64,000 bases of DNA from Felis catus (lineage: Eukaryota), in contig NC_058368.1 of assembly GCF_018350175.1 (NCBI RefSeq), positions 36,086,001-36,150,000 of the forward strand, written 5' to 3'. Each line of letters begins with the position of its first letter. The first letter of the stretch is position 1. Under the pieces are notes generated by a model. That model was not told where the DNA came from. It did no database searches and saw only the letters and a list, made by a program, of their open reading frames with translations. Shown here piece by piece: positions 1 through 11,448 of this stretch. The translations under genes were made by a program, and so were the position numbers.

Positions 1-376
1 ATAAAAACAATGTTTACTGCCTTTCATGTAACTTATAAAAAGAAACTTATCAACCCCATTCCTACTACCTAAAGACTAATGAGAAAACATTATCCATCAC
101 AAGATAAATTAGTAATTTGTTGCTAGTTCGCATTTTTTATTCAGATGAAAACTTGGTAACAAGAATCTGTGCAGCTTACAAAATAACAGTAATATCATTT
201 TACTGTCACCTGTCTAAATATATGCCCAGAAGAAATGCCACATTCCATGAGTCAGTATTAAGACAGAAATAAAAATCTGAAAATTATGAGCTTGCCCAAA
301 TCAAACATCAGGTGAATTTCACAATTAATAGAATTTTATTAGTGAAATTTAACATTAGAACATAGCTTCCTCTTAC

Positions 377-493
377 CTTATAAAATAATCATTTCGAATC
401 AGCAAAAGATGCTGAAGAATGGAAATAAAATATCCTTCCGCTCTAGTTTCCTTAACTGTGTTCCACACCATGTTGTAAATATCATATGCTTCA
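377..493 (-). CDS. DIAPH3: DIAPH3 coding exon (~exon 12), 117 nt, starting after a U12 AC acceptor
   Basis: Junctions ttccttaatcgatgtac|TGAAGCA...TTATAAG|gtaaga; encodes (D)EAYDIYNMVWNTVKETRAEGYFISILQHLLLIRNDYFI(R). Confidence 0.95.
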
Positions 494-1296
494 GTACATC
501 GATTAAGGAATATGTGAATTTATTTATTCTCTACACCAAACAACCAATAACACAGCACAGAATCTGTTCTGTAAGCCTTCAAAAGATTATTATGTGTCTT
601 ACCCCATACCATCATGTATACTCAACACATGGTACCACACAGGTAGTTAGGATTGAAGTAGAGAAAAACTGTGTGCAAATGGTAACTTCACCTGGCACTG
701 TCTTCTCCTCCAAAATCAACTCCAACCATTTGCCTCTCTCAAGCCAAGATGGTTCGGGTGGCAAGGGTAACAGGCAGCTGGTTGGAAATACCATATTAGG
801 TGTACAGAGTGCCCTAACCAAGAGAGATGGTGCCAGGCATTATCCACCATGGGGAAGCCCCAGTGGAGGACAGGAACCTGGTGGATTTCTGGAAAAGCAC
901 AGAGATCTGCAGACCCACAGAGTTAACAAAGGCCCATAGGGGTGTGCACCCAAGGTGTAGGACAGGAGCCAACCAGTAGGCTAATGCTAGAGAGCACTAG
1001 AGGAGGGGGAGGTGCCACACATGAGAAGAAAAAACAACACACTGTACACATACACAAGAGGCCTCATGGAATTTGTGGGTTGGAACGTCCATTTCCATAT
1101 GCATGGACTCAGAAAAACACACATGAAACTATTAAGAAAAGTTTATATGAAAATCAATCTGATTCATAAAGGTTTGGCTTTATACTGTTTATACAGAAAT
1201 GGCTTCAGAAGTTTAGTATCTTGGGGTGTGAAGTTTGTTTGTTTGGGGTTTGGCAACAATTTTACATAGGTCAATAACTTCAGAACAAAAGGATAT
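494..1296 (-). other. U12-type (minor spliceosome) AT-AC intron, 803 nt
   Basis: 5' splice site ATATCCTTTT (1296-1287), branch site TTCCTTAAT (510-502) and terminal AC (495-494). These boundaries keep the DIAPH3 frame (GA|T = Asp). Confidence 0.95.
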
Positions 1297-1415
1297 TCAA
1301 GCTCAGCTCTAATCTCTTCAAGGCGATGGGAGAGCTCAAGCAAATCTTCTTCTTTATGCTCATCAAAGACTTTAAGTTGGATATCCAAGCCATCATTCTT
1401 CAGACATTTTAAATT
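1297..1415 (-). CDS. DIAPH3: DIAPH3 coding exon (~exon 11), 119 nt, ending at a U12 AT donor
   Basis: Junctions ctctag|AATTTA...GAGCTTGA|atatcctttt; encodes NLKCLKNDGLDIQLKVFDEHKEEDLLELSHRLEEIRAEL(D). Confidence 0.95.
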
Positions 1416-1677
1416 CTAGAGATATGAAAGAGAAATGACAATTAACGGTTTTATTTTTAATAATGCAAAAAGGTTAATGAAAAACATATAAACAATAAAC
1501 CAACCATTTGACTTGATTTACAGCATTCAAACACTTAAAGTGTTAATACTCCAATCTTATCTATATTTCAAAAATAGATTTTTATACTCAAGCCTTTTTC
1601 CCCCGCAGATAAATTATTCTTGAAGGTAATTTATCTAAATTTCCCCCTATTCAAGTACTCCTCTAATTTAAATATTA

Positions 1678-1812
<135 letters not shown>

Positions 1813-3617
1813 CTACAATAGATTGCACAGTGAGACTTAAGCTTGGATTCCAACATTAAAGAAAGAGGAATACAACTGAAACATGAAGGTTTTGTTCCAA
1901 GAATCATTAAGTACCTTTCTTCCCAGGAGAATCTATTAGAACAATAATTTGTATGTAAATTATTTTAGTCAATTAAAATTAAATAAGAAATATAGTTTCG
2001 GTGGAGTTTTCTTCTTTTTTATTTGTTTGGGTATTTTTTTGTGGGAGAGGAGAGAGAAACATTAGGCACTGGAGCTGTTCCATAAAAATTTCACTCTAGC
2101 CAAAAGTTCAGCTCTTATCCAAGAAAATCACTCCATGCTATATGTGCATACAACATAAGCTGAATGTCCTAGTAGAAAAACTATAGATCTCTGTTGGATA
2201 GGTAATACTTACCTGACATAGTAAAGTAACTTGCCATTCATGGAGAGCAACCCAAAGTTTCAAACACTTCAAGGTCAGCAAGTGTCGTGAATCTGGTCAA
2301 TGGGGTTGTTATAACTATCTTATTATCACTGCACAATTAATTACTAGAATTAACCAGGCAAAGGTTCTTACACTTTCGCAAGAATTAAAAAATTATATAG
2401 GTCATGTTTATTCCAAAGGCATAAAGAAATAACATAGCTAATTAAATCCTTTAGTATATACCTCAAGTGCTAAAAATGTAAAAATCACTATACTTTCCAG
2501 TTATTTAACACCCCAAATTTCAAACTGGATATGCATTTTTTTTGTATCCCTGGCTAAAACCTATCTTTCATTATCTGAAATCCATATAATGGAAGCAAGA
2601 GAGACTGGAAGCAAAAGAGATGGTCTCTAGAGAAGTGAAGTACTCTTTGTTGTTGATGATGATGCTATTTTTCTGTCTACACTCTACCAGAGTCTTAACA
2701 AGAATGACTGGCCTACTGATCAATATGTTTAACCTCATGCTGTTCCCTAAATTGTCCTTTCTCCATCCCTTAAGGCAAGGTTTATATGAATTTAAAATGT
2801 CTCTTTTGGATTAAGACACCTCCAGGGGTCTCAGGTCCTGCTGGTTGAAATATATCGTAATTATTGTATTTGATGTCTAAATACTAAAATCTGACCAGCA
2901 TGCCTCTACTGTCAAAACTTAAGACTATTTAAACTGGAGGAAGGAAATGTGCCAGAAGATAAATAGAGAAAAGGGAAATACTTAGAATAAAAAAAGAATA
3001 AACTTAAAAACAGAGGCTACCTTTCCAGTACACATTCACTCAGCTGTAACTGGTTCATGTCACAAGGTTTAAAACACTTTCTTTCCACCTCCTTGTCAGT
3101 CATTACCCAGTACCAACAAAAATACCTTTTCAGCAATAGTATAGACTTTTAAAAGATCTCAAAGAACATTTAAATAATATTTCTCTACATTTGAGCAAAT
3201 AAATTAGTATTAATCACGAGGTTTCTGGAAAAGATGTAAATTATAAAGGGCTCAATGCAGCAAAAATAGCAGCATAAAAATTGGCAGGAAATAGGATCTA
3301 AATGTAAAGTAAATATGTGTAGAACAATAGCAGCATGAAATTGAAGAGAAAGAAGGGAAAAGGATAATCCACATTCTTTCCAGGAAGTATCCTAAAGGGC
3401 AATTTTCTATAAAAGGAAAAAGAGAAAATTGACTTAAGCTGAAATAATGAATTTAAGTTCATTATCTAAAATCCCTTCCCAATTCTAATGGTAATTTGCC
3501 ATTATCATGACCTATAACCACTCTTAAATTGATGTCATGTAAACACAGGCCTAGGAAAATATGCAAATACACAGCAAAATGTAATGTTTCCTTATAGACA
3601 AAAAAAATTCTAACTCA

Positions 3618-3850
3618 GGGGCGCCTGGGTGGCGCAGTCGGTTAAGCGTCCGACTTCAACCAGGTCACGATCTCGCGGTCTGTGAGTTCGAGCCCCGCGT
3701 CAGGCTCTGGGCTGATGGCTCGGAGCCTGGAGCCTGTTTCTGATTCTGTGTCTCCCTCTCTCTCTGCCCCTCCCCTGTTCATGCTCTGTCTCTCTCTGTC
3801 CCAAAAATAAATAAACGTTGAAAAAAAAAAAAAATTTAAAAAAAAAAAAA
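3618..3850 (+). mobile_element. Young felid CanSINE (SINEC_Fc type)
   Basis: Head GGGGCGCCTGGGTGGCGCAGTCGGTTAAGCGTCCGAC, CT tract, long A tail, and TSD AAAAAAATTCTAACTCA (3601-3617 and 3845-3861). Confidence 0.95.
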
Positions 3851-4049
3851 ATTCTAACTCAAGGTAAGGATCAAAGAGTTCCTTCTAGGTTTTTAAAAAT
3901 GTATACTCAGACATAAAGACTTGTTTTATCACACAATTTCGAACTAATATAGCATACCGGCAGAAGCAGGGGCCAATATAGCATCTATGTCATAGAAATC
4001 AATTCCTACAGACAGTGGAAAAGGCTCACGAACTATGAAGGTGAACAGG

Positions 4050-4660
4050 ATCATGCTGCCTGTCCTCATGAAGACAATAGATCAATGATAAAAATATACT
4101 ATGCAGAAGAGATATGTTCCATATATACTGGGAATGTGGAGAAACCAAATAAAAACAAGGACAGCTGGGTAACGGCATTGACTCTTAAAGATAAATAGGA
4201 AGGCAGCCTGATGAAGTGAAGGACTGAGATGAGATGTTCTCAGCATCTAAGGAATTAACCGGTTAGAAAACCTGGGCCCTGGGCCCTTCCATTGCATTAC
4301 AAAGGGTTCAGGAGAGAGCGGCTCCAGGAGTCACTAGAGATGAGGTTGGACAGGGACACAGGCCAGATGAGGCACAGCTTTGTATGCCAAGTCAGAAAGT
4401 TCAGGTTCAACTGGAAATAGGAGAAACTACAAGGAATGTAAAGGAGAGGCAACAGTAGAGGTAATAATATTAGTTAAGAAACTATTGTAGAAGCAACTTT
4501 AGTGAGCAATGATGAGAACTTGAACATTTGAAATCTATGAAAACTGACAGAATTTGATGGCTGGGTGGACATGGGGTAGAAGAAAAGAATTCGTGAGAGC
4601 CCCTCTCCTTTGTTCTTCAACTAGACAAGAGGTGGTACCATTAACAAAGCTATAAAGTAC
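4050..4660 (-). mobile_element. Ancient L2 LINE fragments, continuing at about 5700-6500
   Basis: Degenerate L2-like motifs such as gagtcaagattgactccaaggttttagcttgggcaa; boundaries approximate. Confidence 0.5.
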
Positions 4661-4699
4661 AAGGAAAGAAAGAGGTGGGGGGGGGAGCTATTTCAAGTG

Positions 4700-5235
4700 T
4701 TAGTTAAATTCTATTTAGTTAACATATATGGTAAAATTGGTTTCAGGCATAAAATTGAATGCTTCATCACTTACATTTAATACCCAGTGCTCATTTGAAC
4801 AAGTGCCCTCCTTAGTACCCATCACCCATGCTGTCTATTCCCCACCCACCTCCCTCCATCAACCCTGTTTGTTCTCAATAGTTAAGAGTCTCTTACGATT
4901 TTTTTCCCTTCCCCTATGTTTCACTTTTGTTTCTTAAAGTTCACATATGAATGAAATTCTATGGTATTTGTCTTTCTCTGACTTATTTCACTTAGCATAA
5001 TAGGACACAAAAATACAGATTTCAAGGGGCACACACAATCTGATATTTATAGAAGCATCATCAACAACATCAAAACTATGGAGTCCAAATATCCATCAAC
5101 TGATGAATGGATAAAGAAGATATGGTGTGTGTATATACACATACAATGGAATATTACTCAGCCAACAAAAAGAATGAAATCTTGCTATTTGCTACAGTGT
5201 GGATGGAGCCAGAGTGTATTACACTATGAGAAATG
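4700..5235 (-). mobile_element. 5'-truncated carnivore L1 3' end with an inverted segment
   Basis: 4700-5002 is L1 3' end in minus orientation. 5003-5235 is the adjacent upstream L1 part in plus orientation (ccatcaactgatgaatggataaagaagatatgg). Confidence 0.8.
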
Positions 5236-6100
5236 GGTTTCAGAGGAGAATAGAATAAACCCTGCTTTTAAAATTCTGAGATTAAAATGTACATTAGGAA
5301 TCATTAATACATTAAAAAAAAAAAATGTTTAGTTATTGGGTACCTAGCCTGTGTCAGCAGGGGATATTAACAGAAGCTCAAGGAAATAATGGCATTGTGA
5401 TATTCATCATAAAAGTATCACCATCCTGTTTCATGTTCCAAAAGTGTAGCATATACGATTTTCATTAATTTGTATTTAGCATTCTAATTGTTTAATAGCG
5501 TGACAAAATCTACCTCCCTAAGAAGTAGATGAGGGTAAGAAAACAGAGCTTCTGCCTTCCTGGAAACATCCTAATTTAACTAAAGCCTCTATCTTTGGGC
5601 ATCAGAATGCAGAATTCACTTTCTGTTTACTGGCTCAACCATTTCATTCCCTCAAAGCCTATTTATTGGTGCCCCCTCAGCACTTCTCAGTAGTAGGGAT
5701 ATAGCTATAAGAAAAGATAAAAATCACTATCTGAAATGAGAGTCAAGATTGACTCCAAGGTTTTTAGCTTGGGCAATTCAAAGGATGGAATTATCATTTA
5801 TTAAGGTAGAAAATAAATCATTCATTAAGATGGGAGAAAGAGGCTTGGAACGACAGATCAGGGGAGTTGGGTTAGAAATACATTTTAGTGATGAGCATCG
5901 AAATAAAGTGGAGAAGAAAACTGGATATAGGACAGCCAGGTTCAAGAAAAAGATGACCACAGCAACTGTACATAAAAATCAAGGTCTTGCATAGAACCAT
6001 CTAGGAGTAGCAGAAAGGAAAGGTGACATACAGGAACTGATGGGGCATTTCAATGGCAGGTTTTGCTTTCAAGGCTGGGCAAATAAAGTAAAAAGGCATC

Positions 6101-6320
6101 CGGGCACCTGGATGGCTCAGGTGGATGAACGTGTGACTCTTAGTTTTTTGGCTCAGGTCATGAGCTCCTAGTTTCATGAGTGCAAGCCCTGCATCTGGCT
6201 CTGCACTAGCAGAATGGAGCCTGGTTGGGATTTTCTATCTCCCTCTCTGCCCCTCCCCACTCACGCTGTCTCTATCTCTCTCAAAATAAATAAGTAAACT
6301 CAAAAACAAAATTTTTTTTA
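6101..6320 (+). mobile_element. CanSINE (older, diverged)
   Basis: gggcacctggatggctcag head, ggctcaggtcatga, CT tract and caaaataaataa tail. Confidence 0.9.
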
Positions 6321-9300
6321 AGTATAAAATGGATCAAAAAGGTAGAAGAAAAATAAGATTGTGGTGCTCAGGAAATATGGGAGGAAAAGTTTCTCAACAG
6401 AGAGGGTGATCAACTCAGTCAGAGGCTCTGATAGGTCAAATAAGATGACCAATAAATTAACATTGGTTTTGGCAAATTGGTGACTTGATAAGAACAGTTT
6501 CTATAAAAAGACAGAGTTGCTGTCCCAAGTAGGACAACACTTGCCTTCTCATGGGTACCATATGCAATCCGCAAACAAAAGCATACCATTAAAATCGGCA
6601 CTAAAATATTCTTCTCCTTGCTCCAAGCACATCTTTATACTTTAGAAACACTGGTTATTAACCTTTGGTTTCAGCGAGTAAGGCACTTCTCTTTAGGTGT
6701 TAAATCACGGACTCAGTTCTGATGATTCGGAAAGCAAATACTGTAAGCTCATTTTGGTACTCTTACCTTAATTATCAAAAAGGAGGCTTGCATGAAATAA
6801 AGTATTTAACAAAAGTTATAGCTGGAGGAGTGTGTGTATGTCCATCTAGGGCTTAGGATGGCTGAAGGTTTCCTCAAGAGCAGCGGCAAACAGAAGGTGC
6901 ACTGTAAGGACTGGGGCTGGCAAAGCCCACAGACAAAGATGAGGAAAATGCGCAGCCAGAGCTGTAATTATAAATAGTGAGAGAAATATAAACAGTGCAG
7001 GAGACTAGAAGGCACAGACACGCAACAGGGGGCAAAGTAAATAAACCGTAAACAGAAATCTCAAAGATACTCAATATGAGGAATAGAGCTGTTCCAAGGC
7101 AATCTTAGGAACAAAGCAAATGATCAAAGAAAAATCATTCGACCTGGAAAAAGGTTAATCGGCAAGACAAAGAAAGAAAGATGCCCCATGTACATCACTT
7201 CAGCAGCAAAGCAGCTTTCTGCCCTTGACAACAACAGGCAGGTTTGCTCACATGTGAATACACAGCACCTAAATTTCCTCTAGTACACAATTGCACTATG
7301 GCTGATTATCACTATGCTGAACACAAATATGAGGAGAAAAAAACACTTTATGTATTTTTAAACTTCAAACAAGCACCTTTGACCCTTTTGCAAAACTCCA
7401 AGCACAAAATTCAAGGGACCCTAACAGGTGTGATGCCTGAGGCCCAACCATAAAAGCTCATCCAAGTTTTTCGAAGGCCATCACAGAAAATGCCTTCTCC
7501 ATGATTGTGCCGAAGGAACTGAGAAGATATCTGAAAGCCAAAGCAAGCATATTCTTTAGAAAGCTCACACTTTAAAAACAAAACACAAAACAAAAAAGAA
7601 AGCTCACACTTCAGTCAACATGTTCATTCTAAACACAAGTAGATGTTTTTACAAGTAAAACGATGGCTATATGACACTGAAAATATATCAGCTGCACAAG
7701 CTAAACTCACATTATAAACAAGTACCAGTCAAGTACTTAACATAGAAATTCTATCGGAATCTGTGAATAATTATTACATGGGCTTGGAAGATACAACTTA
7801 GTCTGCTCTCCATCTTTCCTAACCCATTGCTGAAATCATTTGTTTTTCTTTGCACAATCAAATTGCATATTTCTCAAGTTAAAATGAGTAAATGATGCTT
7901 ACAGATGAAGTTCCCCTCTACTGCAGACAAACTCCAAAGAATTTAAAAAGCACTGCATTAATTCAGAATAAAAACTAACCCGACTACATTACATGGACAA
8001 ACACAGAAACATTTAAGTAGATCAGCAGATGTCAAGTTCTATAAGTTTAACCTCCAGTTCAGTGCTCTGTCAATTACAGACACAAAGAACAACTCAGAGT
8101 CCAAGGTACCTGCATAGAACCCACACAAACACAGAGAAATAAACTGTAGGATTCAAGAGGCTACGATTTATATGTATAGAAATACTGGAAAAACAAATGG
8201 ATTTTTAAATATTTACTCAGAAACTTCCCTCTGAAACAGCACTAATTTCTTCTGTGTCCTCTCATGCATTTTGCTGTATGCCTTAACTACTGCATTTTTC
8301 TAATGAAACATTAGCTATCTTCAGATTCCCAAGTATAAGCTTCTAAAGGGCAGGAGTATACTTCTTTATGGTCCTAGTATAATTCAGCGCACAGCAGTCA
8401 CTGAATAATTAACCAATTGACTGCTTAATTATGAAACTCTGTGCAGTTACCTCTGAAGCATGAGGTAAGTTTATCTTTCTGGCAATCTACTATAGCATAA
8501 GTGAATAAATTTTATTATGTAAACTCAGAAAATTGGCAGTATGTGCTAGACAAAAATGTTCGCCACAATTTAAGTGTGTACTTAAATTAAGTGTGTACTT
8601 AAGTGTGTACTCCATATGACAATATGAGGTCACATTAGATTGTCCCACTATGTTTCTTTAATGTCTTCGCTTAATGGCCTATTATTTACCAGTCCATTTT
8701 AATACATTTAACCTTTTGATTCATATTGACATATGAATCCTACTGATGTAAACCTCAATAGAAGTAGTCAAAACAGAGAGGAATTAAACTGATCTCTGCA
8801 TCCTTCTGGAATGCCTCCACAATAATCCTAAAAATACATTTTCTATACTCTCTGTTCTTCATTTGGGTCCTTCATTAACGGTGAGAATAAGTTATCTGAA
8901 ACTGAAAACTTCGGTTAGTAATTTTGTGGGGGAGGGTGGAGATACTTGAAACAAGACAAAGTAGTAAATTAAGGTAGGACTATTTATTATAATGAGGACT
9001 TTATTTGGTCTTAAGCAAAATTAAACTTGAGAATATTTTGAGCATTTCAGGGGTACGGAAAAGAAAAGAAACAGAAGCAAATAAACTTGACTGTATCCAA
9101 AAGGGTATTTTAACCCATGATTTGTTTCAATGTTCTATTTCTCAATTATTGTCTAATAACAGATTTCAAGGTACAGTGAGTATAACTCAATTAAAGGTAA
9201 TTTTTCCTACTTTCTGAGACATATGAAAATGTGATCCAATCAATTTTACAAATATCTCTTCTGTATTTGAACTCAATAAAATCCAGAAATTGAAGAGGCT

Positions 9301-9329
9301 TTTTTTATTTTGTTTTTAAGAGAAACTGT

Positions 9330-9740
9330 GTCTTTACAACAGCCATGGGAATGCAGTTCCTTGACTGCAGGGAGTATAAATGACTAACAGCCCAGCCCCA
9401 GCTGCTCCCTGTGAAATCCATCTCAAGATATGAGTCAAACCCACACTTCCCACCGGCTTCTCCCAGCCAATGTCTGCACACAGCAAGAATACTGAGACAG
9501 GACATGAAGGGCTTTGACTTGAGGATTCCCCAACCACATTGCCAAGTTCTCCCGGAACTGCACAGCAGCCTAAGATACTTCCCCCAAGCCTCCTTCCTTC
9601 TCTCCTCCAGCTGGGGTCAAGTGTGCACTGAGCTGGACATCTCCCCACCTGCCCCAGCCCTCTCCAGATCTCTAGTAGGCATTTCCCCTAGCTCCTTGCT
9701 GATCAAATCACTTGCTTCTCAAAGGACCTAGATTAACATA
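9330..9740 (+). mobile_element. Solo LTR, LTR16C-like (ERVL class)
   Basis: Motifs gccccagctgct..gaaatccat, cacttcccac..ctcccagccaatg, gaactgcacagcagcctaaga and ggcatttccccta..tgcttctc..aggacc match the recalled LTR16C consensus. Confidence 0.65.
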
Positions 9741-10312
9741 GCCTTGTTCTACAAAGCAAGTTGCGGAGAATATCATTTTCAATTTTTCTGATTCCTAAGT
9801 ATTATAAATGAAACTTCTTTTGTAACAGAGATTTTCACTTTTTCTTCTTTTTGTCTAAATGTGAGCACCCTATCCACTTTAGTATGTAAGCATGAGACAT
9901 TCGTTAACACCATGTGCGTGCCAGGTGTCTGAATATGTTTGAGACCTTATTTTCCTCTTGTAACAGTTCTTGAGACAACAAAGACCTGGATTATCTTTCT
10001 CCCTTTTGCTTCTTTGGAAAATACATTTCAGGGTAGAGCAATATCTATGGGAATCCTAGAAAGACACATCTATCTTTCATCCCAGTCCACCGAATCCTGG
10101 AAGGATATAATCTACTACTCTTGTCCACTGTCCACTCAGTCTGTAATTAAGGTAGAGAAAAATACTCTGTAGTACAGCATGAACCAAAACTAATGAAGGA
10201 TGCATTCCGTTCTATCTACACCAAGGTACGATAAATGACAGGAAAAACAATAAGAGCATCAGACTGAAGAATAAGAGGGTGACAAGAGAAGGTTTAGTGG
10301 TCTGCTCCCCAA

Positions 10313-10560
10313 TGCATGACAGTGCACCACCATGGGTCTCTTACATTTCTGCATGCATTGCAAGCCAAGGCACTGACTGCCGTTCTTCTGGATGAACTTT
10401 TCAAGGAAGTTTGAACAGCAAATGGGTAGGCATGCTTCATGTCCAGTCTAATAAAGATTATGTCTCTTTGGAGCAAAAGGCAGGCACAATTACAACCCAT
10501 TATAAAAGATTAGGATTTCCTAAATTCAGAGTTCCTGTCCTGTAGCACAACCTGGCATCC
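10313..10560 (+). mobile_element. 5' LTR remnant (5' half), LTR40-like
   Basis: ccatgggtctc..tttctgca..ggcactgactgcc..ttttcaagga..ggagcaaaaggcaggca..cccattataaaagatt matches the recalled LTR40a 5' half, including TATAAAA. Confidence 0.75.
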
Positions 10561-10959
10561 CCACCCTATCTTCAGACTCTCCAAAACCAAGGCCTGCACT
10601 CAATTTTATCCTGAACTGGGAATCCTACTGTTTATCAGACAATTGGGAGGCCACGTTTTAAGCACTATTACCCATTAGCCCCCTATTTGATAAAGATCCC
10701 ATTTGGGGGGCTCCAATAACTATAAACAATGCTTTCATTCCAGAAGCACCATGTAGACATTCAAGACCACATATCTTATGAAGAAGCAAGGCATTAACTT
10801 GCTTGTCTCTCGAAAAACACCAACTTTCACCTTAGAGGTGATCATAAGAGATTTTCAAGTGTTTAAGCAAATGCTAGCGGTACACCGTGCAGTCCTCAGA
10901 CAACCACGACAAGCTCACTCTCCAACTGAGGCTATCGTTGGTCCTGGAGAAAAAAGTTA

Positions 10960-11350
10960 TTTATGTGTACATGCAGGCAGTTATCCCTATGATGGGAATC
11001 ACCCAAGTGGAAAAGGCGCTAAGAAATCTGTCCCCAATTTTAGTTGACATTATCAATGATACCACACATTAGCCCCAGAAAGCACTCAGATTCAACTCAC
11101 TAGCCAGGGTTGTTATGGATAAAAGTATTGCCCTAGACTTCCTTCTTGCTGAACCAAGGGAAGTCTGTGCAATCACTAATATGTCATTCTGTACCTGACT
11201 ACCTCAGACAAGGTGGAAAAACCAACCGAAAAAAATTAAGAAAAAAGCCTCCTGGTGTTCAAAGTCAGACCTTGATGGTCTGTGGGGTTTGTGTAGCTGA
11301 CTGGATCTAGGACCTGGAAGGCCTGGCTGAGGTCCATATGACAGGCTAGC
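10960..11350 (+). pseudogene. Decayed endogenous retrovirus env, TM subunit (gamma-type)
   Basis: One frame reads AVIPMMGITQVEKALRNLSPILVDIINDTTH*PQKALRFNSLARVVMDKSIALDFLLAEPREVCAITNMSFCT*. This is a heptad repeat, an immunosuppressive-domain-like segment and a degenerate CX6CC motif, with stops and frameshifts. Confidence 0.85.
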
Positions 11351-11448
11351 CTCAACTTGCTTAGAGTACAGCTGACCAAGAGCTTTAATTAAATACTCTG
11401 AGATAAACTGAAGAGATTTCGTCATAGCTTTTATCAATCAAAATAAGC

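Noticed and set aside
409..939. Longest ORF (176 aa, plus strand)
   Set aside because: It is antisense to DIAPH3 exon 12 and the U12 intron, has no recognisable domain, and has no supporting gene structure.
2205..2370. U1 snRNA gene or pseudogene (ATACTTACCTG)
   Set aside because: Similarity stops after 11 nt, with no U1 stem-loops or Sm site. It is better read as a minus-strand 5' splice site.
3618..3700. tRNA genes at SINE heads
   Set aside because: The A/B-box similarity reflects the tRNA-derived CanSINE head; each continues into a CT tract and A tail.
10778..11200. Functional syncytin-like captured env gene
   Set aside because: In-frame stops, frameshifts, a mutated CX6CC and no intact signal peptide or SU frame; it is a fossil only.
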